A DNA stretch of 64,000 nucleotides from an uncultured Dehalococcoidales bacterium (lineage in GTDB: Bacteria; Chloroflexota; Dehalococcoidia; Dehalococcoidales; E44-bin46): positions 5,680 through 69,679 of the forward strand of contig CAYHAL010000002.1 of NCBI GenBank assembly GCA_964354655.1, written 5' to 3'. Numbering within the stretch: the first letter of the stretch is position 1; each line of letters opens with the position of its first letter. Made by a program: the position numbers and the translations under genes. Below, one piece after another: positions 10,155-19,879 of the stretch. The notes under the pieces were generated by a model. That model was not told where the DNA came from and did not search any database. It saw only the letters and a program-made list of their open reading frames with translations.

Positions 10155-10200
10155 CAAACTACTCGTATTATAAAAGCTATATCAACAAAGGAGGTTGATA

Positions 10201-11058
10201 ATGAAAAAAGTAGCTATTATAGTTGACAGTATTGCCGTAATACCACCAGAGGTAACAGAAAAATATGACATCACAGTATTACCTTTCCATATTGCTATGG
10301 AGGGCAAGGATTACCTAGACACCACCATAGATAAGGAGCAGCTCTATTCCCGAATTATGAGCAAGCAACTGCCTACCGTTGCACCCCCCTCCCCAGGGGA
10401 GATGTCAGAAGCCTTTAGGCAGGTAAGCCAAAGGGCAAAGGCTATTATATATATCACCATGACCTCCGGCTTCTCCGGGGAATATGAAAGGGCAAAGGGA
10501 GTTAGAAGTAGCGTTGAGAAGGAATTGCCTGGCATCGCCATTGAGGTGATTGATTCCCTCACCACCACCTGCGCTGAGGCGCTTATCACCATTGAGGCGG
10601 CAAAAGCGGCAAGTCAAGGCAAGAGCTTCCCTGAGGTGGTAGAGATTGCTCGTCAGATGGTGAAGCGGGTGACCGCACTCTCAGTGCGAGATTCCCTTTA
10701 TTATTTTGATAAGTCCGGAAGATTGGGTAAGGAACGCCCCCTAGCTGGCTCCCCGATTCCTCTAGCACCAGTCTTGGAGATAGATGCTTCCACTGGTGGA
10801 GTGACGCAGGCTGTGTCAAAGCATAGAACTGTAGCTAAAGCTGTAGAAAATACGCTTGCCATAATGAAGAAGAGAAGCGCAAACAAGAAATTGCATGCTT
10901 TACTAGGGCACGCCTATAAGCCCGATACGGCAGAGGAACTGAAAGAGAAGGTATTGTCCGAATTCCAACTTGCTGAATTCTATCTCACTGAAGTTTCGCC
11001 TGTAGCCGCTATCATAAATGGACCATACATTGATTTGGGGTTCTTTACCGAAGATTGA
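10201..11058 (+). CDS. DegV family fatty-acid-binding protein (FakB-like), paralog 2
   Basis: The ORF track starts at 10195. ATG at 10201 lies 6 nt after AAGGAGG and gives MKKVAIIVDS, as in the other paralogs. Confidence 0.9.
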   Translation: MKKVAIIVDSIAVIPPEVTEKYDITVLPFHIAMEGKDYLDTTIDKEQLYSRIMSKQLPTVAPPSPGEMSEAFRQVSQRAKAIIYITMTSGFSGEYERAKGVRSSVEKELPGIAIEVIDSLTTTCAEALITIEAAKAASQGKSFPEVVEIARQMVKRVTALSVRDSLYYFDKSGRLGKERPLAGSPIPLAPVLEIDASTGGVTQAVSKHRTVAKAVENTLAIMKKRSANKKLHALLGHAYKPDTAEELKEKVLSEFQLAEFYLTEVSPVAAIINGPYIDLGFFTED

Positions 11059-11094
11059 AAGCCCCCTCATCCGCCATAATAACCTAAATTACTA

Positions 11095-11191
11095 GCTTGG
11101 TCGCTAGAGAAGAAAGCTATTTCTGGGTTATGTCTTTGGCTATTTTGTTATTGCTCGCCCGGCTTCTCCAAAACCTATCATTAAACTAAAG
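11095..11191. repeat. Conserved non-coding block downstream of degV paralog 2 (copy 2 of 2)
   Basis: About 87% identical to 10023-10118 by eye. Weaker similarity extends back to the two stop codons. Confidence 0.8.
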
Positions 11192-11515
11192 AGGTTGTAT
11201 TAACCTCACCCCCTTTAGATTTTTATTGGTAACCCTATCCCCTTTGTCCCCTTCCCCTTGATAAGGGGAAGGGGAATCAATTGTATAAGGGAGGCTTCGC
11301 CTCTCTTTGACTCTCCGTAATTATGAATATATATTCCTATCAAGGGGGAAGAGACTTTAGAGAGAAGCCTTGCCTCTTTTTGACTCTCCCAGCTTCAAGA
11401 AGTGTTAGCTCTCCCACCCCCAATAACCGGGTGTTTAAGAGGGGCAAAGCCCCTCTCTTACCTACACTCCCCCTTCCCTTATTAAGGGAAGGGGGACAGG
11501 GGGATAGGTTGCTAA
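11192..11515. repeat. Mosaic hairpin repeat element, copy B (forward orientation)
   Basis: Left end is AACCTCACCCCCTTTAGAT followed by hairpin CCCCTTCCCCTTGATAAGGGGAAGGGG. Three internal GAGGC/GCCTC-type hairpin units follow. Right end is CCCCCTTCCCTTATTAAGGGAAGGGGGACAGGGGGATAGGTTGCTAAA. Confidence 0.9.
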
Positions 11516-11589
11516 ATAATCTCAACTAGAGTTCCTTGACTTTGAACTACTGCCTCTGATATAGTTGCTGTTTAAGAAAGGACGGCAAA

Positions 11590-12729
11590 ATGGCTACCCC
11601 CCAGTTTAAGCAGCTACGCCATGCCTATGGATTTGACGACGTAGCTATAGTGCCTGGAGATGTGACCATCAACCCAGACCAGACAAACATCGATTTTAAG
11701 GTAGAGGGCTTTACCTTCTCTATCCCCATTATCGCTTCAGCTATGGATGCGGTGACCGATGTCAACTTCGCCATCCTGATGAGCAAGTTGGGTGGGCTCG
11801 CCGTTCTCAACCTAGAAGGACTGCAGACCCGGTACGATAACCCCCGAGAAATATTATCCCGAATCGCCCAAGCATCTGACGCCGAGATTACCCCTTTGCT
11901 GCAAAAGGCCTATTCTCAACCGATTAACGAGAACCTTATTGGCGAGCGAATCCAAGCCATTAAGAAGGCAGGGGCGGTTTGTGCTGTTTCGGTAGCCCCA
12001 GCCAACGCCAAACGCTTTGCCCCGATAGCTGCTGAAGCTAAAACTGATATTTTTATAGTTCAATCTACAGTTACCAGTGCCCGGCATATATCCAAAAGCT
12101 ACCGCGGGCTAATCTTCTCCGAGCTTTGTAAGTCCATACCCATGCCTATAATCATTGGTAACTGTGTCAGCTATAGTGCCAGCCTAGAGCTTATGAGAAC
12201 CGGGATCTCCGGGGTCTTGGTCGGTGTTGGACCCGGTGCTGCCTGCACCACCAGGGAAGTCCTCGGCGTCGGCGTCCCCCAGATAACCGCCACTATGGAT
12301 TGCGCTGCGGCTAGAGATAAATACCAGCGTGAGTCTGGCAGGTATGTGCCGATAATTACCGACGGCGGTTTTCGCAAGGGCGGAGATTTGTGCAAAGCCT
12401 TTGCCGCCGGGGCTGATGTGGTAATGATAGGCTCCATTTTGGCTCAAGCTAAAGAGGCACCAGGGCTGGGTTATCACTGGGGTATGTCCCACTCCCACCC
12501 GGCACTCCCCAGAGGAACTAGAATAAAAGTGGGTACTACTGGCTCGCTAGAGCAAATTCTCTTCGGCCCGGCTTCAGTCACTGATGGTAGTCAAAACCTC
12601 GTCGGGGCTGTCCGCACCGCACTTGGCATCTGCGGGGTGCGAACCATCAAAGAAATGCATAAGGTTGAAATGGTAGTCGCACCATCTATTACCACCGAAG
12701 GCAAATGGTGGCAGTTATCACCCCATTAG
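11590..12729 (+). CDS. IMP dehydrogenase-family protein lacking a CBS insert (GuaB3-like)
   Basis: 379 aa. Starts with a FDDVAIVPG-type N-terminus, has catalytic-loop-like GVGPGAACTTREVLGVGVPQITA and the GGxxxxGD segment. No CBS pair is evident. Confidence 0.75.
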   Translation: MATPQFKQLRHAYGFDDVAIVPGDVTINPDQTNIDFKVEGFTFSIPIIASAMDAVTDVNFAILMSKLGGLAVLNLEGLQTRYDNPREILSRIAQASDAEITPLLQKAYSQPINENLIGERIQAIKKAGAVCAVSVAPANAKRFAPIAAEAKTDIFIVQSTVTSARHISKSYRGLIFSELCKSIPMPIIIGNCVSYSASLELMRTGISGVLVGVGPGAACTTREVLGVGVPQITATMDCAAARDKYQRESGRYVPIITDGGFRKGGDLCKAFAAGADVVMIGSILAQAKEAPGLGYHWGMSHSHPALPRGTRIKVGTTGSLEQILFGPASVTDGSQNLVGAVRTALGICGVRTIKEMHKVEMVVAPSITTEGKWWQLSPH

Positions 12730-12767
12730 AAGGCAGATTGTAACTGCTTGCGAGCCCCTAATTTGTC

Positions 12768-13640
12768 TCAGTCTTCACTCCACCAGCTAAGGATGAGACT
12801 CCCCGGTCCGACATGCCTACCTACTAAAGGTAAGGTTTCAGTAACATAAAGCTCAACGCACTGGAGCTTGGAGGAGACCCGTTTCTTTAGCTTCTCAGCT
12901 TCATCAGGCGCGTTGATGTGTTCTATCACCACATGAAGCTTCTTGCCCCGGCACCTCTCCTTCATTATCTCCAGCAAGCCTTCCACTGCCTTCTTCTTGG
13001 TTCCATACCTGGCTAGAGGGGCATGGACTGTTCCTTTGGCAGCATCCGTCTCCAGAAGTGCCTTGGTGCTAACTTTAGCCTCCGCCCAGGCACGACCATC
13101 AAGTATCCTGCCCCCGCTGGCTAGGTACTCAAGATTATCAACTACGATAATATACTTGACCTTGGGTATCATATTGTTAGCCACTTCAACTACCTCGGCA
13201 AAGCTCTTGCCAGCGGCGGCAGCCCTGGCGGCTTCCAGGGCAATAAGCATCTGGGCGCCACAAGCGGTGCCAGGATCAATTACCTCAATCTTGATATTGG
13301 GTAGCTCTTCCTGAAGCCTCTGTTTAGCTTGCAACGCTGCCTTTGATGACGCACCAAGCCTTACGCTGTGACTAATGTATACAATACCCTCCGCCTTCTG
13401 GCTCAGCTCTCGGCATGCTTCCAGGAACTCGCCTGCGGAGATAGATGAAGATGTAGGCAGCTTCTCTTGCTCCGTTATTTGAAGCAATTTCTGGTAATAC
13501 TCAGGCAGATTTACCTCGTTTTCACGATAGAGCTTGCCGTCGATAACAATGCCCATGGGGACTATTTTGATATCGTATTTATCGGCCACCTCTTGAGGCA
13601 TCGCGGTGATGGTATCAGTTATAACAGCTACTTTTTTCAC
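12768..13640 (-). CDS. DegV family fatty-acid-binding protein, paralog 3
   Basis: 290 aa. MKKVAVITDT... with a DegV pattern throughout. Last gene of the degV-plsX-degV-degV minus-strand string. Confidence 0.9.
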   Translation of the reverse strand: MKKVAVITDTITAMPQEVADKYDIKIVPMGIVIDGKLYRENEVNLPEYYQKLLQITEQEKLPTSSSISAGEFLEACRELSQKAEGIVYISHSVRLGASSKAALQAKQRLQEELPNIKIEVIDPGTACGAQMLIALEAARAAAAGKSFAEVVEVANNMIPKVKYIIVVDNLEYLASGGRILDGRAWAEAKVSTKALLETDAAKGTVHAPLARYGTKKKAVEGLLEIMKERCRGKKLHVVIEHINAPDEAEKLKKRVSSKLQCVELYVTETLPLVGRHVGPGSLILSWWSED

Positions 13641-13676
13641 TATTACCTCCTTAAAATATTCTAATTGAGTAGTGCT

Positions 13677-14543
13677 TTATCCTTGATAGCAGCTCAGCCC
13701 GACGACACCGGGACCGACGATTAACGAGGAGATTGGGCTATACTCACACAGCAGGACTTCAGCACAATTAAACTGGTCCTGGACTATCCCCTTAAGCCTT
13801 TCCGCTTCCTCGGCGGCGCATACATGCTCCACCAAAACGTGCAGTGGACCGTCTGTTTTTACCCTATCTCTTACCATCTCCAGTAGAACTTGGAGCGCCT
13901 TCTTTTTAGTCCTCGGTCTCGCCACCACTACTGCCCTGCCCAAGGAGGTGGGCATCTCGGTAATGGGTTTCATACTGAGTATGTTGCCAGCCATAGCCGC
14001 TGCTTTACTGATACGCCCGCTCCTTGCCAGATAGGAGAGGGTATCAAAAACATATAGATGATTTATCTTTGACCTTACATCTTCAGCTGCTTTAATGACC
14101 GCCGGCATATTTTGACCCGAAGCTGCTGCCCGGGTGGCGGCTAGCACCATTAATCCCAAGCCACCTGTGGTTGACCTGGAGTCAAATACCTCTATATTAA
14201 TATCTGGCAATCCGCTTTTAACCACTTCCCTGGCCTGGGTTGCTGAACCGAAAGTCAGACTTAAAACTGACGACATAGCCAAGGTGAGAATATTTTTCAC
14301 TTTTCTGCCTAGCTGACGATAGACCTCAACAAATTCACCGGGCGGCGGCGCTGAGGTAGTGGGGAACTCACTCGATTTTTTAACCAGCTCAAATAGCTCA
14401 GCCGGGGTCTTTATATCTATCCTGTCCTTATAGGTCTCACCCTCTAGGTGAAGTAGCAGGGGAAGCACCTTAATGTCATATTGCTTAATCAATTCTGGAG
14501 GAAGAGAAGCGGAACTATCAGTAACGATGGCTACTTTATTCAC
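13677..14543 (-). CDS. DegV family fatty-acid-binding protein, paralog 4
   Basis: 288 aa. MNKVAIVTDSSASLPPEL... with a DegV pattern. Confidence 0.9.
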   Translation of the reverse strand: MNKVAIVTDSSASLPPELIKQYDIKVLPLLLHLEGETYKDRIDIKTPAELFELVKKSSEFPTTSAPPPGEFVEVYRQLGRKVKNILTLAMSSVLSLTFGSATQAREVVKSGLPDINIEVFDSRSTTGGLGLMVLAATRAAASGQNMPAVIKAAEDVRSKINHLYVFDTLSYLARSGRISKAAAMAGNILSMKPITEMPTSLGRAVVVARPRTKKKALQVLLEMVRDRVKTDGPLHVLVEHVCAAEEAERLKGIVQDQFNCAEVLLCEYSPISSLIVGPGVVGLSCYQG

Positions 14544-14559
14544 CCCAACCCCTCCACTT

Positions 14560-15510
14560 TTAAAATTTGCTTCCCTTCATAATGGTAGCTAACTCTGATT
14601 TGACAGCACCTACCAGGCCGGCTTCAATCGCCAGCTTGGTATGCCGAATTTTTACCACCACGTGAGGGGCTCGGCTAGCCCCGTGTATCTTCCGCACAAT
14701 ACCATTAACCCCCCAGATGAGACCCCCACCCAGGATATTCTTATCATCCCTATCCGGTGAATCCTTAAACAAACCTAACTTTTCACCGAACTTAAACACC
14801 ACATTACCGACAAAAGCGTCGCAGACAATGACATTAGCCCGCCCGCTCATGAGTTCGTTGCCCTCTATATTGCCAATAAAATTCAAACCGCTGCTTTTAA
14901 GGAGGTGGTAGCTTTCCCGCGCCAGTTGATTGCCCTTACTTTCCTCAGCGCCGATGTTTAATAGACCTACGGTAGGATTAGCGATATCGAGTAGCTTCTG
15001 ACAGAAGACAGAGCCTATGATGGCAAAGGTCAACAGGTGGTATGGCTTACAGTCAACATTGACCCCACAATCAAACACCACTGTATTTGGAGCCAGGTCA
15101 AAGATAGCCCCACCGATTACCGGACGCTCTATCCCTTCTATCATACCCATATACTGGATAGCCGCCGAGACCATGGCTCCGATAGGACCAGCACTAATTA
15201 AACCATCCGCCTCCCCCGCCTTCACCATCTTGGCGGCTACGGCTATAGAGGCATTAGGTTTGCGGCGCACAGCTAGGGCTGGATTTTCGTCCTCTTTGAT
15301 GAATTCATCAGCCCTAACACAGCGAATGGGCAAACGAGAGACACCATACCTGGCTAGCTCGGCTTCCACAATGTCGGTAGGGCCAACTAAGGCGATGTCA
15401 ACATCGCCTTTCTCCGCAGCCAGGACTGCACCCTTAACTATGTCACCGGGGGCATAGTCACCACCCATAACATCCACCGCCACCCTTATCCTGTGACCGG
15501 GTATCACCAT
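14560..15510 (-). CDS. plsX: Phosphate acyltransferase PlsX
   Basis: 316 aa. IAVDVMGGDYAP-type N-terminus (RVAVDVMGGDYAPGD) and later FIGNIEG and GxxxVCDxFxGN segments are typical of PlsX. Confidence 0.9.
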   Translation of the reverse strand: MVIPGHRIRVAVDVMGGDYAPGDIVKGAVLAAEKGDVDIALVGPTDIVEAELARYGVSRLPIRCVRADEFIKEDENPALAVRRKPNASIAVAAKMVKAGEADGLISAGPIGAMVSAAIQYMGMIEGIERPVIGGAIFDLAPNTVVFDCGVNVDCKPYHLLTFAIIGSVFCQKLLDIANPTVGLLNIGAEESKGNQLARESYHLLKSSGLNFIGNIEGNELMSGRANVIVCDAFVGNVVFKFGEKLGLFKDSPDRDDKNILGGGLIWGVNGIVRKIHGASRAPHVVVKIRHTKLAIEAGLVGAVKSELATIMKGSKF

Positions 15511-15540
15511 GGGATATTCCTTTTATCCGGTTAATTTCGC

Positions 15541-16422
15541 CTAATCAAGCCCAACTGAAAAGGTATAGTCAATAAGCCCTTTACCATTGTGAACGGCTAC
15601 ACTTGCCCCCTCTTCAACCACATAAAGCCAGTCGAATTCAAGCTCAGAGAGGAGCATATCCCTCAACTTCTCAGCTCGGTCAGCAGCTCCTCTGGTGTAG
15701 CCGATAGCACCGTGTAACTTGTTGCTATCGCTTCTTTCCTTGGTTATCTCAACCAGCCTATCCATTATCTGGGCTACGGTTTTAGCCCTGGCTATGGACT
15801 TCACTGTCCCTCCCGTGGAGGCGTCGACTTCAACGATAGACCTAAAGCTGCTGGCTGACTCAGCTTCAGCCCAGGTGCGAGCCTCAAATATCCTCCCCCC
15901 TTTGTCGTAATAGAAAAGGGTATCCCGGGCAGCCAGAACAGTCACCCGTGGTATCAGACGATGAACCCGTCCCAAGACCTCATCTATATTCTTGCCCTGG
16001 GCTACTGCTTTGGCTGCCACTATGGCAAGAAAGTGAACCCCCATCCCTATCGCCCGTGAATCAACCACCTCAATCCTAGCCCCCGGCAGCTTTTCCCCAG
16101 CCACCTCCTTAGCTTTCAAAGCATTATGATATTGCGGGCTAAAGACTGAGGACATGCAGATATGCAAGGCAGCCTCTGCCCCCTGGCTGAGTTCAGTAAA
16201 AAACCGCAAAAATTCCTCCACGTTAGCGGTGGAGGTTTTAGGCAGGTGTTCCTTGGTATCCAATCGGGTATAAAGCTTATCTATATCTATCTCGGTATCC
16301 AGATACTGCTTACCATCCATGATAATAGGGCAGGGAATCAAGGTAAAACCATACTCCCTTGCCTTTTCCTGGGTTAGGGAGACAGAATCAGCGCTGATAG
16401 CTACTTTACCTATTAATGACAC
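15541..16422 (-). CDS. DegV family fatty-acid-binding protein, paralog 5
   Basis: 293 aa with a DegV pattern. GTG start abuts GGGAGG, so the exact start is uncertain. Confidence 0.85.
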   Translation of the reverse strand: MSLIGKVAISADSVSLTQEKAREYGFTLIPCPIIMDGKQYLDTEIDIDKLYTRLDTKEHLPKTSTANVEEFLRFFTELSQGAEAALHICMSSVFSPQYHNALKAKEVAGEKLPGARIEVVDSRAIGMGVHFLAIVAAKAVAQGKNIDEVLGRVHRLIPRVTVLAARDTLFYYDKGGRIFEARTWAEAESASSFRSIVEVDASTGGTVKSIARAKTVAQIMDRLVEITKERSDSNKLHGAIGYTRGAADRAEKLRDMLLSELEFDWLYVVEEGASVAVHNGKGLIDYTFSVGLD

Positions 16423-16631
16423 CTCCCTTTTAGCACGAATTTTTAGCGAGGTATAGGTTCACCAAAGCAGTCCACGAAATTAGCCAAACCACGGTAACAT
16501 AAAACCAAGCACCTATAACAACTTTGAGCCTCTAAATCTTGTCTAGTCCTCACCCCACCAGCTGAAGCTACGAGCCCCTATCCCGGTATGATGAGTAATC
16601 AGAAGGTAAAGTGGGGTAAAAACTTAAATGA

Positions 16632-16991
16632 CTATGTCCTAGTCCTGCGCACCACTACTGGCTTCATCCGCCGTGCCTCACCCAGCACATTCATAATAAA
16701 ATCCACAGGTACTTTGCATATTTCGGCTAGCTTCATCACTGCTTCCTGAAGCAGACCAGTCAGATGCCATGCTTGCTTAGTGTGGGCAAGAAGGGTAGCA
16801 AAAGCACTCTGCAGCTCACCAATTGATGCCTCTTCTTCATGCAGTTCAAAGCACTCCTCACAACCAGCAGCCACCTCAATAAGGTCTCGCAGGCTGTCCT
16901 GAAGTGCTGCACCCTCCCGGGCAAAAAACCTCTTGGCACGCTCAAGCCGTTCTTTCTCAACCTTAAAACTATAGACAATCAGCTTACCCAT
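16632..16991 (-). CDS. Hypothetical helical protein (119 aa)
   Basis: The ORF track gives 131 aa. ATG at 16991 follows GGAGGAG by 5 nt and sits about 20 nt downstream of a strong promoter. No family recognised. Basic C-terminus. Confidence 0.5.
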   Translation of the reverse strand: MGKLIVYSFKVEKERLERAKRFFAREGAALQDSLRDLIEVAAGCEECFELHEEEASIGELQSAFATLLAHTKQAWHLTGLLQEAVMKLAEICKVPVDFIMNVLGEARRMKPVVVRRTRT

Positions 16992-17017
16992 ATTCTCCTC
17001 CACTAGGTCTACGAAAA

Positions 17018-17046
17018 ATAATACCAAAAGTCAACCCTTTTGTCAA
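17018..17046 (-). promoter_or_regulatory. Candidate strong promoter (minus strand) for the 119-aa gene
   Basis: On the minus strand: TTGACA (17046-17041), 17-nt spacer ending in TGG, TATTAT (17023-17018), i.e. an extended -10. Confidence 0.55.
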
Positions 17047-17157
17047 GCCCTGACCAAAAAAGCTATTAAACAGCGAGATTATCCTACGATTTTAAGGGAG
17101 GGTTTACCAAATCCAATACAGAAGGTCTACCTTGAGTCAAAGGGGGGAGCACAAAAG

Positions 17158-17916
17158 CTACTCTTCTTCAATGGCTGCGCCGGGCTCGGCACTAATATAA
17201 GGCAGCAAAGCCTCTACCTTTCTCCGTCTACGTTGTGGGGGCAAGGTTAACCCATCAACCACCTGTCGCAACTCCTTTAATCCACCAGCCCCTGCCTCCA
17301 CTACCACTCCATCCACCCCGGCTTCCCATAACACCCGAAGCTCGTTAGCCACTACTCTTGATGGTACCGAGACCAACACCGGTTTAGCCAAAGAATTGGC
17401 AAAGCGCCCAAAAAGCATTAGATGGTGGCAAGTAAGAAAATAATCCTCTTTCTGTTCACCAGCGATAAGCACTGCATCCACCGGCAACCCATCAATCGTC
17501 CTCAACAAACCTTCGTCAAGCGATGCCTCTACCTCTAATATCTTACCTACTTCGTCATTTTGAAGTATCGCCAACGAGGTATTAGCTGCCGGGAAGACGA
17601 CAAAGTCACAATCAATCCTTTTCACCTGCTTCATTTCTCTCTGGCTAATATCCCTTAGCCAGCCTCCCCAGGGGATATCAGGCACAGCTTCAGAATACCC
17701 CTGAAGGACTTTAATATCAGCCCCCAATCTGGAAATACGTAACAGCCCGGCATCAGCCCCAGCCACATAATCAGCCACGCTGTCAACACTAGCCTGCGCC
17801 AAACTGGCAACGAGCAGCATTTTGGACTTGGGTGACACCGGTTGCCCCGCCTTAAACCCTATAGGCTGGGGACCACCTTGCGAAGCCCGACTTAACTTAC
17901 GTATAAACTCACTCAT
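17158..17916 (-). CDS. Hypothetical protein (252 aa)
   Basis: Clean ORF between the ligase and the 119-aa gene. An alternating beta/alpha-like pattern is possible but no family motif is recognised. Confidence 0.5.
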   Translation of the reverse strand: MSEFIRKLSRASQGGPQPIGFKAGQPVSPKSKMLLVASLAQASVDSVADYVAGADAGLLRISRLGADIKVLQGYSEAVPDIPWGGWLRDISQREMKQVKRIDCDFVVFPAANTSLAILQNDEVGKILEVEASLDEGLLRTIDGLPVDAVLIAGEQKEDYFLTCHHLMLFGRFANSLAKPVLVSVPSRVVANELRVLWEAGVDGVVVEAGAGGLKELRQVVDGLTLPPQRRRRKVEALLPYISAEPGAAIEEE

Positions 17917-17926
17917 CTACCTTGGC

Positions 17927-19747
17927 TTAAGTATAGCATAAATCGTTACGCCTCAAGAAATCCATGAAATCCCGCTTTAACTCAGGATACAGTACTGCCC
18001 CCTTAAAATTCCTCGGAATCTTGACAAAACGCAGGCGGTCAGGCCTGGCACCTTTGGAAACCGATTTTCTGGCATCTTTAAGGAAATTAGATTCCAATAG
18101 CTGTCTATTGGCACCGCTGACATCATTGAAAAGTTCAATCGTCACACAGCAAAAATCCTCATGCTCGCTCTCCAGTCGAATGCCAACAACGGCTAACTGG
18201 AAGGCTTCGGGCGATAACCGGTATGAATCAATTATGAACCGGGTAAGTTCCTCAGCCACCTGGGCATAAGCATAATTGGCGCCGCCACGGATAAGAAGCT
18301 CAGACTCTCTGGACATCCAATAGTAGTCTAGATTTCCGTCGTCATTTTTCAAGGCAAATACGATGTCCCCTAGACCGGTATACCAGCCGTCTTTGAATAC
18401 ATTATTGGTCGCCTCTTTATCTCCTACATAATAGCTAAAGAGGTTGCCACCTTGGGTAAGCAGATAGCCAGGTTCTCCTATTTGGCACGGGCTCATGTAG
18501 TCGGCACTCTCCGGGTCAGTGGACTTTACTATTCTGACCCTAGTGAAGGGAAAGTGTTCTCTACCAATATAATAACCCGCTATTTGCTCATTGTTATATC
18601 GGTGTGACCAGCCGGCTCTAAGCGCCTCCATAACAGCATTTTCCGGCATCGTTGTCGGGATAGCGGTTACTTGAAGACAGGCCTCGGTAGACCCAAAACG
18701 GACATGGGGGACGCGCCCGGCAAACTTTCTTATGCGTTCAATGGTTTTTGGACCTACCGGTGCCGAGCCAATCAGGATGTCGGTTTGTTTTAACGCCTGG
18801 CTAAGTTTGTCTTCGGCAACAGGTAATTTCCCTTGCTCACAAAGGTTGTCAAGAAAGTCAATGTGGCGGGGGACTAAGGAGGCAATAAACAAGCCCCGTT
18901 TATGCTCTACCGCCTCAGTCAGAACCTTCCAGTAGGGAGTGGTATAGGATTCCAACAAGTGCAGAACTGCCCCTTTGTGGCGAAGAGCCCAATCAGACAA
19001 GGCGGTGGAATTGGCATGGTGCAACGGATTTACCAGAAATAAATCTACCGGGGTCGCTTCACACAGCCCAAAGTACTGTTCATAGGTAAGTCTATTGGTC
19101 AAATAACTGCGGTGGGAGAGGCTAACCCCTTTGGGTCTAGCTGTTGTTCCAGAGGTAAAGACAACGATCCGCTCATCATTATAATGAACAGCGGCATAGG
19201 ACTCATCAAAAGGAAGTAGGGACTTTTCTAATTCACCTGCCTCAAAGAAAACCACCCCCGGCAGGCTAACCTTGAGCTCTGCCACCCGTGAGGCAAAACC
19301 CCGGTCATAAATACAGATTTTGGCCTCGGTGAGCCTCGCTTTGTAACTAATGCGAGCATTATCATCCGCCTGCCAATTGATAGTCACTGGCGAAGCTCCT
19401 ACCAGAACCGATGCTAGGCGAAATATTAAATCGTAGGGGCTATTAGCCGAAAAACAGTGGGCAATCCGATCCCCTTTAGATATTCCGAGATTCCTAAGAT
19501 GCGCTGCCGCCGAACAAGTAAGCTCCCAGAATTCACCTCTGGTTAGACTACGTTTCTGGACCGAACCGTGTTTGAAGGTGTAAAAATGGAGAAAGGGAAA
19601 ATCTCGATTGGCAAAGGCAGCACAATACTCCTCGGTAGGCGAAGAAAAAGGGGTCAGAGAGGTTACCGGCTTCCCGGTGGTCAAAAGAGATGACTGCAAG
19701 GCATAATGCTCAGTCTCACCCATACGATTAATCCTGTCTCCCCACAA
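17927..19747 (-). CDS. AMP-forming acyl-CoA/acyl-carrier ligase family protein (class I adenylate-forming)
   Basis: 606 aa. Has the AMP-binding motif TSGTTARPKGV, a later GWYxTGD-like GWYTGLGD, and IRGGANY. Alternative start at 19723. Confidence 0.8.
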   Translation of the reverse strand: MWGDRINRMGETEHYALQSSLLTTGKPVTSLTPFSSPTEEYCAAFANRDFPFLHFYTFKHGSVQKRSLTRGEFWELTCSAAAHLRNLGISKGDRIAHCFSANSPYDLIFRLASVLVGASPVTINWQADDNARISYKARLTEAKICIYDRGFASRVAELKVSLPGVVFFEAGELEKSLLPFDESYAAVHYNDERIVVFTSGTTARPKGVSLSHRSYLTNRLTYEQYFGLCEATPVDLFLVNPLHHANSTALSDWALRHKGAVLHLLESYTTPYWKVLTEAVEHKRGLFIASLVPRHIDFLDNLCEQGKLPVAEDKLSQALKQTDILIGSAPVGPKTIERIRKFAGRVPHVRFGSTEACLQVTAIPTTMPENAVMEALRAGWSHRYNNEQIAGYYIGREHFPFTRVRIVKSTDPESADYMSPCQIGEPGYLLTQGGNLFSYYVGDKEATNNVFKDGWYTGLGDIVFALKNDDGNLDYYWMSRESELLIRGGANYAYAQVAEELTRFIIDSYRLSPEAFQLAVVGIRLESEHEDFCCVTIELFNDVSGANRQLLESNFLKDARKSVSKGARPDRLRFVKIPRNFKGAVLYPELKRDFMDFLRRNDLCYT

Positions 19748-19879
19748 GAGACGAGCTTACAGTTTACCTAAGCGCCATTATAATTCGGAAGAGAGACAGC
19801 TTCAAGCTTGCCGGAAATGAAAACCTTTATTCTATTTGCCTTGCTATAACTTTTCTAAACTCCATCATACTTGATGACT

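Noticed and set aside
15017-15457. Long antisense ORFs inside well-supported genes: 15017-15457 versus plsX, 31509-31973 versus pyrD, 39525-39959 versus nadC, 41408-41788 versus the permease, 44126-44503 versus dtd, 12943-13314 versus degV
   Set aside because: Each is fully contained in a confidently assigned gene on the opposite strand. They have Ala/Ser/Pro/Arg-rich low-complexity translations typical of antisense frames, and no SD.
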